64,000 nt of DNA from NCBI GenBank assembly GCA_910587065.1, contig CAJUMA010000001.1, forward strand, positions 82,221 through 146,220, in the 5' to 3' direction. Below are positions 43,138 through 52,219 of the stretch, piece by piece (the first letter of the stretch is position 1; each line of letters starts with the position of its first letter). The notes below the pieces were generated by a model, which had not been told where the DNA came from, did not search any database, and worked only from the letters and a program-made list of their open reading frames with translations. The position numbers were made by a program, and so were the translations under genes. The stretch is from an uncultured Bacilli bacterium. GTDB lineage: Bacteria > Bacillota_I > Bacilli_A > RF39 > UBA660.

Positions 43138-44496
43138 TTAATTAGTAATTTTATTTTTTATCTCTTTTATTTCATTTTTTAAATCTTCACTCTTTTTATA
43201 CTCATCTTCTATTTTATCGCAAGCGTGTATTACTGTTGCGTGATCCCGATTAAATTCTAAACCAATTCTTTCAATTGTTTCCTCTGTTGTCATCTTGCAT
43301 ATATACATTGCAACTTGTCTTGCTTTATTAATATTTGCCGTTCTTTTCTTACTCTTTAGGTTTTCCACAGTTAAATCATAAAATTCTGCCACGGCTTTTT
43401 GTATTTTTGCAATATTATTGGTTATATATAGTGAATTTCCAATATAATCTTTTAAATTCTCTTGAGCAAATTCTAGGTTTATCTCCTTTGGAGAATACAT
43501 AGCAGTCACTGCATAAAGTCTATTTATTGTACCCTCAAGATGCCGAACGTCACTTTCGCAATTATTCGCTATAAATTCTAGAACTTCAGGTTTTATTAAT
43601 GTTGAGACTTCAGTACCTGCTATTTTATTTTTTATAATTTTTAATCTTAATTCATAGTCTGGTGGAGTAATATTTACTGTAATTCCCCAATTAAAACGAG
43701 TCTTTAAGCGGTCTTCTAAAACTTTTAAATCATCTGGAGATCTATCACTACTAATAATTATTTGTTTTTGCCCTTGATGTAAGAAATTAAAAGTGTTAAA
43801 AAACTCATCTTGTGTTTTTGTAGCTCCTCCTAAAAATTGAATATCATCTATTATTAATACATCAACATTTCTATATTTATCTTTAAATTTTTGTTCCAAC
43901 TCATATTTTTCTTCATCCTTTTTATAAAGGTTAGTAAAGTCCGATATGAAAGTGTCACTAGTTACATATAAGACAGATTTTGTTGAGTTTGCTTTTATAA
44001 AATTTCCAATTGCGTGCATCAAGTGAGTTTTTCCTAATCCACTTTTACCATATATAAATAGGGGATTATATACTTTGCCGGGTTGTTCGGCAACAGAAAG
44101 TCCAACTGTAGCAGCAAACCTGTTAGTATCTCCAATAACAAAGTTATCAAAAGTATAAGATGGATTTAAATTAGAGTTATCTTCTTTAAATTTAGGTAAA
44201 TCTAATGCCTCTTCAAAAATAACTTCTTCTTTAACTTCTGATTTATCAATATCTTCTTGAATAACTACTTCAAAGGAGTAGGTTATATCAGAGCAATGTT
44301 CTAACATTTCCTCAAGTAACTCTGTATAATATAAATTAATATGATCTTTAACATAAATATTTTGAACTCGTATAACAAGTGTTCCTTCTTTTATGTTAAC
44401 AAGTTCGGATTCTTTAAACCAAATACTAAAAGATATCGCGTCCATTTTTGATTTTAAGAATTCTAAGCACCTATTCCATAACTCTTCTCTGCCCAT
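43138..44496 (-). CDS. dnaA: chromosomal replication initiator DnaA
   Basis: AAA+ Walker A GKSGLGKTHL, Walker B LIIDDIQF, sensor motifs, C-terminal HTH (box-binding VAMYICKMTTEETIERIGLEFNRDHATVIHA). Confidence 0.96.
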   Translation of the reverse strand: MGREELWNRCLEFLKSKMDAISFSIWFKESELVNIKEGTLVIRVQNIYVKDHINLYYTELLEEMLEHCSDITYSFEVVIQEDIDKSEVKEEVIFEEALDLPKFKEDNSNLNPSYTFDNFVIGDTNRFAATVGLSVAEQPGKVYNPLFIYGKSGLGKTHLMHAIGNFIKANSTKSVLYVTSDTFISDFTNLYKKDEEKYELEQKFKDKYRNVDVLIIDDIQFLGGATKTQDEFFNTFNFLHQGQKQIIISSDRSPDDLKVLEDRLKTRFNWGITVNITPPDYELRLKIIKNKIAGTEVSTLIKPEVLEFIANNCESDVRHLEGTINRLYAVTAMYSPKEINLEFAQENLKDYIGNSLYITNNIAKIQKAVAEFYDLTVENLKSKKRTANINKARQVAMYICKMTTEETIERIGLEFNRDHATVIHACDKIEDEYKKSEDLKNEIKEIKNKITN

Positions 44497-44913
44497 ATAA
44501 CCACCCTGTTGTCTTAGTTTTCTAACTAATTAAATTTTATAACTTTTTAGTTGAAAAAGTAAAGGGCAATTTAACACATTTTAGTTTTTACCACATTTTT
44601 CAACAAAGTTTTCAACTAATAAATATCTATAATAAAGTATTTTACAGTAGTTTTCAACCTTTTCAACAAATTAATAAACAAAGTTTTCAAAAGTGTTAAA
44701 AAGTTATTAACTTTTGTTGTTGAAATTGTTGATAAGTAAATAATTGTTAGAAAAAACGTTTTAGTTTTCAACAATTAGATGTTTATAACTTTAATAATTA
44801 AAAATAGTCCAATTTTGTTGACTTAATTAATTTAATATAATATAATAACCTTGCTTTGTGATTGTATCAGTAAAGTTTTACTGAACAAAAAAAGAACCGG
44901 AGGTGGAGCAATT
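44497..44913. other. oriC: oriC region: cluster of degenerate DnaA boxes plus AT-rich unwinding element (second smaller cluster in the dnaA-dnaN spacer 42990-43137)
   Basis: TTTTCAACA-type 9-mers (TTATCCACA with 1-2 mismatches) at about 44597, 44609, 44651, 44660, 44688, 44765. Inverted copies TGTTGAAA and TTGTTGATAA (TTATCAACA) at 44717-44735. AT-rich tract 44790-44860. AGTTGATAAC in the dnaA-dnaN spacer. Confidence 0.55.
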
Positions 44914-45036
44914 ATGAAAAGAACTTATCAACCAAATAATCGTAAAAAAGCAAAAAAACATGGTTTCTTTGCACGTAAAAATACAAAAATATTAAAATCA
45001 AGAAGAGCTAAGGGACGTAAAGTACTTTGCAAATAA
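44914..45036 (+). CDS. rpmH: 50S ribosomal protein L34
   Basis: [40 protein letters not shown]; GGAGGTGGAG RBS. Followed by the hairpin AAGCCACAATGTGGCTTTTTT. Confidence 0.92.
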   Translation: MKRTYQPNNRKKAKKHGFFARKNTKILKSRRAKGRKVLCK

Positions 45037-45083
45037 AGTAAGCCACAATGTGGCTTTTTTCTTACTTGTGAGGAGGAAACTAT

Positions 45084-45404
45084 ATAAAAAAATTTGAAAT
45101 TGTTAAAGAACATAAAGATTTTGATAACATAATCGCATCTGGAAAATATAAAAAGAATAAATATTTTATACTATATAATAAGGAAAGTAGTTTTGATCAT
45201 CCTCGTTTCGGAATTGCTGTTGGAAAAAAAGTAGGTAATGCAGTTATAAGAAATAAATTAAAAAGACAATATAGAATGTTAATTACAAACAACAAAAAGT
45301 TATTTTCAAATAACCAAGATTATATTATAATAGTGAAAAGAAGTTCACTTGATACAAGTTTTAGCAATTTAAATCTTGAACTAAGGAGAACTTTAGAGAA
45401 ATAG
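45084..45404 (+). CDS. rnpA: ribonuclease P protein component RnpA, no canonical start codon
   Basis: Frame open from 45072 (after TGA) to TAG at 45402-45404. (x)KKFEIVKEHKDFDNII...FGIAVGKKVGNAVIRNKLKRQYRM has the RnpA RNR-motif region. GAGGAGGA RBS at 45070-45077. First in-frame candidate start is ATA (45084); no ATG/GTG/TTG in frame. Confidence 0.65.
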   Translation: MKKFEIVKEHKDFDNIIASGKYKKNKYFILYNKESSFDHPRFGIAVGKKVGNAVIRNKLKRQYRMLITNNKKLFSNNQDYIIIVKRSSLDTSFSNLNLELRRTLEK

Positions 45405-45412
45405 GTGAATAT

Positions 45413-46342
45413 ATGAAGAAAAAAATAGTAGTATTATTTGCAATTGTTTTATTAACATTAACAGGATGTACAAAATATCTTTCAGATGACAATAATAAAA
45501 GAGTGGTAAATGATAAAACAGGTCAAAATTTAACAGCAAATATTTTGTGTTTACCAGAAGATCAAGAACTATTAGATGAATACAAAAGATATGAAGGTAA
45601 TTTAAAAGTAAAATTAGATGAATTACCAAAATGTACAAATATGAAAATATATGAAAAAAAATCCTATAATGGTTTATGGGTTGGATTATTTGTTAGACCA
45701 CTAGCATGGTGTATTATTCAACTTGGAAAAATATTTAACAACTACGGAATATCTGTTATGCTAATAGGTTTAATTATTAGGCTTCTAATGCTTCCAGTAT
45801 CAGCAAAAACAGCTAAACAACAAGAAAATATGAAAAGTATTCAACCAGAGATGGAAAGAATTGAAAAGAAATATGCCAACAAAACTGATCAAGAGTCAAT
45901 GATGAAGAAAAGTCAGGAAACTTTAGCACTTTATCAAAAATATAATATAAATCCAATGAGTAGCTGTTTAGTTTCCTTTATTCAACTTCCAATATTCTTT
46001 GCTTTTCTCGAAGCAATAAATAGAGTTCCGGCAATATTTGAAAATTATTTTTGGAAATTTCAACTTGGAACTACGCCTCTTGTAGGTATAAAACAAGGAA
46101 ATTATTACTATATAATTTTAATAGTTTTAATCTTAGTATTTACGGCCCTTTCCTTTAGACATAGTATGTCATCAATGTCATCATCGCCTGAACAGGTGAA
46201 ACAAACTAAATATATGTTAATATTTATGACAGTATTTATTGGTATTGCATCATTTCAATTACCATCTGCAATTGCTCTTTATTGGGTAGTTACAAATGCA
46301 TTTAATGTAGTTCAAATGGAATTGATGAAGAAGAGAGGTTAA
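45413..46342 (+). CDS. yidC: membrane protein insertase YidC/OxaA (lipoprotein)
   Basis: Lipobox LLTLTGC; five-TM 60-kDa IMP core with GLWVGLF...LLMLP motif. Confidence 0.88.
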   Translation: MKKKIVVLFAIVLLTLTGCTKYLSDDNNKRVVNDKTGQNLTANILCLPEDQELLDEYKRYEGNLKVKLDELPKCTNMKIYEKKSYNGLWVGLFVRPLAWCIIQLGKIFNNYGISVMLIGLIIRLLMLPVSAKTAKQQENMKSIQPEMERIEKKYANKTDQESMMKKSQETLALYQKYNINPMSSCLVSFIQLPIFFAFLEAINRVPAIFENYFWKFQLGTTPLVGIKQGNYYYIILIVLILVFTALSFRHSMSSMSSSPEQVKQTKYMLIFMTVFIGIASFQLPSAIALYWVVTNAFNVVQMELMKKRG

Positions 46343-46346
46343 ATTT

Positions 46347-46958
46347 ATGCAAGTAGAAGTATTTGAGGGAAAAGAAGAAAAAGAGGTTTTACAATCTGCT
46401 TTAGAAAGTTTAGGAGTAGATGAAAAAGAGGTAATTTATTATTTTACTAAATCAAAAGCAGGTTTATTAAAAAAAGAAGTAGTAAGCATTCATATCACAA
46501 CCTATGATAATATTATAAGTTACATAAAAGAATATCTTGAGACACTTACTAAAGATATGGGGTTAAATGTTACTTTTGAATCTAAGGTAAGAGACTCACA
46601 AATAACCATAAAAATGTATTCTGAAAATAATAATATTTTAATTGGAAGAAATGGACAGACTCTTCAAGCTTTAACGACTATAGTAAAACAAGTTGTATAT
46701 AATAATATTCGTAGTTATCCACACCTAATTTTAGATGTCGAAAACTATAAAGAAAAGAAAGTTAAATACTTGGAAAGACTTGCAAAAAATATCGCAAAAG
46801 AAGTGGCAGTAACAAAAAATCCAGTTGAACTTGAAAATATGAATTCTTATGAAAGAAGAGTAATTCATAATATTTTAACAGATAATCAACATGTTTATAC
46901 TGAATCTGTTGGCAAGGAACCAGATAGACACGTTGTAATTAAACCAAAAGAGGATTAA
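46347..46958 (+). CDS. jag: RNA-binding protein Jag/KhpB (KH + R3H domains)
   Basis: C-terminal R3H NSYERRVIHNILTDNQHVYTESVGKEPDRHVVI; yidC-jag synteny. Confidence 0.8.
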   Translation: MQVEVFEGKEEKEVLQSALESLGVDEKEVIYYFTKSKAGLLKKEVVSIHITTYDNIISYIKEYLETLTKDMGLNVTFESKVRDSQITIKMYSENNNILIGRNGQTLQALTTIVKQVVYNNIRSYPHLILDVENYKEKKVKYLERLAKNIAKEVAVTKNPVELENMNSYERRVIHNILTDNQHVYTESVGKEPDRHVVIKPKED

Positions 46959-47060
46959 TTCCTCTTTTTCTATGATATAATTTGTAGTAAACTTTAATTA
47001 TAGTAGAATATATAACTTTATGCTATAATACACAAAGTAGAAAAAAGGGAGGGATACTTT

Positions 47061-48416
47061 ATGAATGAAAATATATGTGCCATTTCAACATCTTTGGGTG
47101 TAGGAGCAATTTCTATTGTAAGATGCAGTGGGCCAGATGTCATAAAAATAGTTTCCGAAGTCTTTAAGGGAAAAGACTTAAATAAAGTTAATACACATAC
47201 GATAAACTATGGACATATTATCTATAATGGCGAAATTATAGATGAAGTACTTGTATCAGTCATGAAAAAACCAAAAACTTTTACTAAAGAGGATATAGTA
47301 GAAATAAATTGTCATGGCGGTATATCATCAACAAATAAAGTATTAGAGATTTTAATAATAAAAGGAATGCGTCTTGCAACTCCCGGAGAATTTTCGAAAA
47401 AAGCATTTCTAAACGGCAGAATTGATTTAATTGAGGCAGAAGGAATAAATGACTTAATCTTAGCTGAAACAGATGAGCAAAGAAAATACGCTATCAACAG
47501 GGAAATGGGAAATTTATCAAAATTAATAATAAATAATCGAAAGATATTAGTTGAATTACAAGCCAAATTAGAAGTAAATTTTGATTATCCTGAGGAAGCA
47601 GATAATATTGAAATGACTCACGAATTAGTTAGGAAAGAATTATTAAAAATAAAAGAAAATTTAGAAGTTCTTTTAAACTCTAGTCGTGATGGAAAAATAG
47701 TAAGGGAAGGAATAGATGTTGCAATAGTTGGTAAGCCAAATGTTGGGAAAAGCAGTATCTTAAATCATTTGTTAGATGAAGAAAAAGCAATTGTAACAGA
47801 TATTGCTGGAACAACAAGGGATATAGTTGAAGGATCAATTACTTTGTCTGGAATAAAATTAAATTTAATAGATACAGCTGGAATACGAAAAACCGACGAT
47901 ATTGTAGAAAAAATTGGTGTAGACAAATCTCTTGAAATGACAGAAAAAGCAGATTTAGTAATTTTTGTATTCAATAACAATGAAGAAATTTCTGATGAAG
48001 AATTAAGCTTACTTAATAAAATAAAAAATGTTCAAAAAATTGTCTTTATCAACAAATCTGATTTACAATCAAAAATAGACGAAAAAGATTTAAAAAAATA
48101 TGCGATCATCTATGGAAATACAATCGAACCAGATGGCTTAGAAACTTTAAAAGCCGAAATAATAAAAATGTTTAAACTAGATGAAATAAAGACAAAAAAT
48201 TATAACTTTTTATCTAATTCACGTCAAAGTGCACTTGTATCATCTGCCCTAAATTCAGTAAATGAAGCATTAAAAAGTGTTGAAAATGAAGTGCCTTTAG
48301 AAATGATTGCTGCTGATATAAAAGAAGCTTTTGATACATTAGGAGAGATAATTGGAAAATCTTATAACGAAGAATTATTGGATGAATTATTTTCTAACTT
48401 TTGTTTAGGAAAATAG
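47061..48416 (+). CDS. mnmE: tRNA modification GTPase MnmE
   Basis: G1 GKPNVGKSS, DTAGIR (G3), NKSD (G4), C-terminal CLGK. Confidence 0.92.
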   Translation: MNENICAISTSLGVGAISIVRCSGPDVIKIVSEVFKGKDLNKVNTHTINYGHIIYNGEIIDEVLVSVMKKPKTFTKEDIVEINCHGGISSTNKVLEILIIKGMRLATPGEFSKKAFLNGRIDLIEAEGINDLILAETDEQRKYAINREMGNLSKLIINNRKILVELQAKLEVNFDYPEEADNIEMTHELVRKELLKIKENLEVLLNSSRDGKIVREGIDVAIVGKPNVGKSSILNHLLDEEKAIVTDIAGTTRDIVEGSITLSGIKLNLIDTAGIRKTDDIVEKIGVDKSLEMTEKADLVIFVFNNNEEISDEELSLLNKIKNVQKIVFINKSDLQSKIDEKDLKKYAIIYGNTIEPDGLETLKAEIIKMFKLDEIKTKNYNFLSNSRQSALVSSALNSVNEALKSVENEVPLEMIAADIKEAFDTLGEIIGKSYNEELLDELFSNFCLGK

Positions 48417-48430
48417 GGGAAGTGAATAAA

Positions 48431-50305
48431 ATGAAATATGATATTATAGTAGTTGGAGGAGGACACGCTGGATGTGAAGCGGCAAATGCGGCAGCAAAAC
48501 AAGGGTTAAAAACTGCTCTTATAACCTCAAACAAGAAAAATATAGCTGACATGCCATGTAATCCTTCAATAGGTGGAACAGCAAAAGGAATAGTAGTAAG
48601 AGAAATTGATGCCCTTGGAGGACTTATGGGACGAGTAGCTGATGTATCTCATTTACAAATAAAAATGCTTAATTCTGGAAAAGGTCCTGCTGTAAAATCT
48701 TTAAGAGCCCAAGGAGACAAAATAACTTATCCCAAAAATATGGTACGTGTTCTAGAATCTTTAGAAAAATTAGATATTATTGAAGCAATGGTTGAAGACC
48801 TAATAGTTGAAGGTAACACCATAAAAGGGGTAATAACTCTAAATAAAGAAACATATTTGTGTGATGCCTTGATATTAACTACGGGAACATATTTAAAAAG
48901 TAAAATATTAGTTGGTGATACAAGCAAAGAAGAGGGTCCTCATGGAGAAGTATCTTCAAAACACTTATCAGATAAATTAAGAGCTTTAGGATTTGAAATT
49001 CAGCGCTTAAAAACAGGAACACCTCAAAGATTGGATCCTAATACTATTGACTATTCAAAACTAACAGAAGAAAATGGTGACCCTATTCCTCTAACATTCT
49101 CTTTTGACTTAGAGCCATCTTATGATGTAAATAAGCAAAGAAAATGCTATTTAGTATATACAAATGAATTAACTCACCAAATAATAAGAGATAATCTAAG
49201 TCTTTCAGCAATGTATGGAGGATATGCCGAAGGAATTGGTCCTCGTTACTGTCCTTCAATTGAAGATAAAGTTGTAAGATTCGCAGATAAAGAAAGACAT
49301 CAGTTATTTTTAGAACCAGAAAGCGACTATTATGAAGACTTATACTTACAAGGTTTTTCAACATCTATGCCTATTGAAGTTCAAGAAAAAATGGTTCACT
49401 CTTTAGTTGGATTAGAAAATGCTCGTATTCTAAAATACGCCTACGCTATTGAGTATGATGCAATAAATCCGTTACAAATGTATCCGTCTTTAGAATCAAA
49501 AATTATTAAAAATTTGTATACAGCAGGTCAAATTAATGGAACAAGTGGTTATGAAGAAGCTGCAGGTCAAGGCTTAATTGCTGGAATAAATGCTGGATTG
49601 AAATTAAAAGGAAAAGATCCATTAATCTTAAAAAGAAACGAGTCTTATATAGGAGTGTTAATAGACGATTTAGTAACAAAGGGAACAAAAGAACCATATA
49701 GATTACTAACATCACGTGCTGAATATAGATTAATATTAAGACACGATAATGCCGATTTAAGATTAAGAAAATATGGCTATGAGGTTGGATTAATAAATGA
49801 TGAACAATACAATCGACTAAAGATGAGAGAAAAAGATATTGAATCTTTAACTAATGATTTAAAAACAACAAAAATACATCCTACGAACATAAACTCATCA
49901 ATAAAAGAATCCTTAGGAATAGACAAACTTAATTCTGGAATGAGTCTTTACGAATTATTAAAAAGGCCACAGATAAAAATAGACTTTTTAAAAGAATATT
50001 TACCAAATGAATATAAGAAAGAGATTTATGAAATAGTCGAAATAGCTATAAAATATGAAGGATATATTGCTAAAACCAATCGTGAAGTTGAAAAAATGTT
50101 AAAACTTGAGAGCAAAAAAATACCTAAAGATATAGACTATAATAAAGTCAAAAACCTGGCTAGTGAAGCAAGACAAAAATTATCTCAAGTAAGACCTGAG
50201 ACAGTTGCACAAGCTACTAGAATTAGTGGAGTAAATCCGACAGACATTTCCATATTAACAATATATCTAAAAAAAGAATATGGAAAAGAGGACAAACATG
50301 AATAA
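48431..50305 (+). CDS. mnmG: tRNA uridine 5-carboxymethylaminomethyl modification enzyme MnmG (GidA)
   Basis: MKYDIIVVGGGHAGCEAA FAD-binding start and GidA core. The track's longer ORF begins 10 codons upstream. Confidence 0.92.
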   Translation: MKYDIIVVGGGHAGCEAANAAAKQGLKTALITSNKKNIADMPCNPSIGGTAKGIVVREIDALGGLMGRVADVSHLQIKMLNSGKGPAVKSLRAQGDKITYPKNMVRVLESLEKLDIIEAMVEDLIVEGNTIKGVITLNKETYLCDALILTTGTYLKSKILVGDTSKEEGPHGEVSSKHLSDKLRALGFEIQRLKTGTPQRLDPNTIDYSKLTEENGDPIPLTFSFDLEPSYDVNKQRKCYLVYTNELTHQIIRDNLSLSAMYGGYAEGIGPRYCPSIEDKVVRFADKERHQLFLEPESDYYEDLYLQGFSTSMPIEVQEKMVHSLVGLENARILKYAYAIEYDAINPLQMYPSLESKIIKNLYTAGQINGTSGYEEAAGQGLIAGINAGLKLKGKDPLILKRNESYIGVLIDDLVTKGTKEPYRLLTSRAEYRLILRHDNADLRLRKYGYEVGLINDEQYNRLKMREKDIESLTNDLKTTKIHPTNINSSIKESLGIDKLNSGMSLYELLKRPQIKIDFLKEYLPNEYKKEIYEIVEIAIKYEGYIAKTNREVEKMLKLESKKIPKDIDYNKVKNLASEARQKLSQVRPETVAQATRISGVNPTDISILTIYLKKEYGKEDKHE

Positions 50306-51017
50306 AGAAGAATTCATAAAAAGAGTTAAGGAAGATTTAAATATTACTTTAACGAAAGAAATGTTAACTAAGCTAGATTTTTATGCAGCATTTTTGATTG
50401 AATATAATAAGCATACTAATTTAACTGCACTAAAAACTCTAGAAGAAATATATTTGAAGCATTTTTATGACTCTCTAACATTAATAAAAACTATCAATTT
50501 AAGTAGTATAAATACTTTATGTGATGTTGGTACTGGTGCAGGTTTCCCTGGATTAGTATTAAAAATTGTTTTTAATAATTTAAATGTCACATTAATAGAT
50601 TCTAATAACAAAAAGATTAAATTTTTAGAAGAATTAGTCAAAAAATTAGAATTAAATGGTGCTTCTGTTATTAATATGCGAAGTGAAGATTATGCTAAAG
50701 AAAATAAAGAGAAATTTGATGTTGTAACAGCTCGAGCAGTTACAACTTTACCAGTCCTAATTGAATTATGTTTACCATTAGTTAAAGAAAATGGATATTT
50801 TATTCCACTAAAAGGAAATGCAGAAGATGAAATAAATATATCTAAAAATATTTTAGGTATATTAAATGGTGCAATAGAAGATATTTATAAATTTGTTTTG
50901 CCAGAGGAAAATTCCACAAGAACAATAATAAAAATTAAAAAGAATAGTAAGACACCTGAAGGCTATCCAAGAAGCTACGATAAGATTAAAAAGTCATTGA
51001 AAAAATATCTAAAATAA
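50298..51017 (+). CDS. rsmG: 16S rRNA (guanine527-N7)-methyltransferase RsmG (GidB)
   Basis: GTGAGFPGL SAM motif; probable start MNKEEF after an AAGAGGA RBS. Confidence 0.88.
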   Translation: MNKEEFIKRVKEDLNITLTKEMLTKLDFYAAFLIEYNKHTNLTALKTLEEIYLKHFYDSLTLIKTINLSSINTLCDVGTGAGFPGLVLKIVFNNLNVTLIDSNNKKIKFLEELVKKLELNGASVINMRSEDYAKENKEKFDVVTARAVTTLPVLIELCLPLVKENGYFIPLKGNAEDEINISKNILGILNGAIEDIYKFVLPEENSTRTIIKIKKNSKTPEGYPRSYDKIKKSLKKYLK

Positions 51018-51061
51018 AGTAATATTAATATAGGTAAATAATAAAAAAGGGGAAATATTTC

Positions 51062-52198
51062 ATGAAAATGGAAGCTCAAATTAGATTAATTAATATTGAT
51101 AGTATTATTCCAAACAGATTTCAACCAAGACTTCAATTCGATGATGAAGCCTTAAATGAATTAGCAGCATCTATTAAAGAGCATGGAATAATTCAACCGC
51201 TTGTTTTAAGAAGAGTAGGAGATAAATTTGAAATAATAGCCGGTGAAAGAAGATTTAAAGCAGCCCAATTGGCTGGACTGACTTCTGTTCCTGCTGTCAT
51301 ATCGGACTTAGACGACAATGAATCTGCAGAAGTTGCCATAATTGAAAATACCCATCGAAGAGACTTATCTCCCATCGAAGAAGCAAAATCTTACAAAAAA
51401 CTTTTAGATAGAAAGTATGTCACTCAAGAACAATTAGCAAGTAGACTTGGAACGAGTCAATCAAATGTTGCCAATAAAATTAGATTATTAACCTTAGACG
51501 AAACAGTACAAAATGCTTTATTAAAAGAACAAATAAGTGAAAGACATGCAAGAAGCTTGTTACGTGTAACAGATAAATTTAAACAGGTAGATTTATTAAA
51601 TAAAACAATTAACGAAAAATGGCCAGTAAGAAAACTAGATGAGGAAATAGATAAAATACTTGGTACATATAAAAAAGATAGTACGACAACAGGTGCAATT
51701 AATACCAACAGTAGAATAGATATAGATGTAGATAATATAGTTGAAAATTCAGCAGATATTTTATTAGATGAAGAGTACACTCCTGTAAATTACCAATACC
51801 AAACACGAGTAAAAGATGACAATAAAAAAAGAGATTCATTATTCTTTAACAATTTAGAAAATGAATCGGCTAATATGGATCCTACATTAAATTTTGGCTT
51901 TAATCCCTTTAAAAACAGTTTAACAACGGAAAAAGCAATAGAAAGAGATTATGAGTTACTTGAACTTGATGAGGAAGAATCAGAAGAAGTAGAAGAATTA
52001 GTTGCCAAAGAAAGTGCTTCAAGTGAAGTAAAAGAAATCATTGTTGAAGAAGATTATAAGACTATGGACGATGTAATAATGGGTTTTAAAAAGATAGTTA
52101 AGAAAGCACGAGCAAATGATATTCCCATTGAACTTGAAGAATTTAATTTTGATAAATTTTATCAATTTATTATTAGAATATATGAAGACAAAGAATAA
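51062..52198 (+). CDS. parB: ParB/Spo0J family partition protein with extended acidic C-terminus; no adjacent parA
   Basis: IPNRFQPR box, GERRFKAAQLAGL (ParB box II), HTH TQEQLASRLGTSQSNVANKIRLL, arginine patch. 378 aa with an E/D-rich tail. gidB is immediately upstream with no Soj/ParA or Noc gene between. Confidence 0.8.
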   Translation: MKMEAQIRLINIDSIIPNRFQPRLQFDDEALNELAASIKEHGIIQPLVLRRVGDKFEIIAGERRFKAAQLAGLTSVPAVISDLDDNESAEVAIIENTHRRDLSPIEEAKSYKKLLDRKYVTQEQLASRLGTSQSNVANKIRLLTLDETVQNALLKEQISERHARSLLRVTDKFKQVDLLNKTINEKWPVRKLDEEIDKILGTYKKDSTTTGAINTNSRIDIDVDNIVENSADILLDEEYTPVNYQYQTRVKDDNKKRDSLFFNNLENESANMDPTLNFGFNPFKNSLTTEKAIERDYELLELDEEESEEVEELVAKESASSEVKEIIVEEDYKTMDDVIMGFKKIVKKARANDIPIELEEFNFDKFYQFIIRIYEDKE

Positions 52199-52219
52199 CC
52201 TAGAAAAGTTTCTAGGTTT

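Noticed and set aside
44851-44913. Long N-terminal extension of rpmH (ORF from 44851) and the antisense ORF 44928-45113.
   Set aside because: The L34 alignment begins at MKRTYQP (44914) with a GGAGGTGGAG RBS just upstream; the extension covers the oriC/promoter region, and the antisense ORF overlaps rpmH itself.
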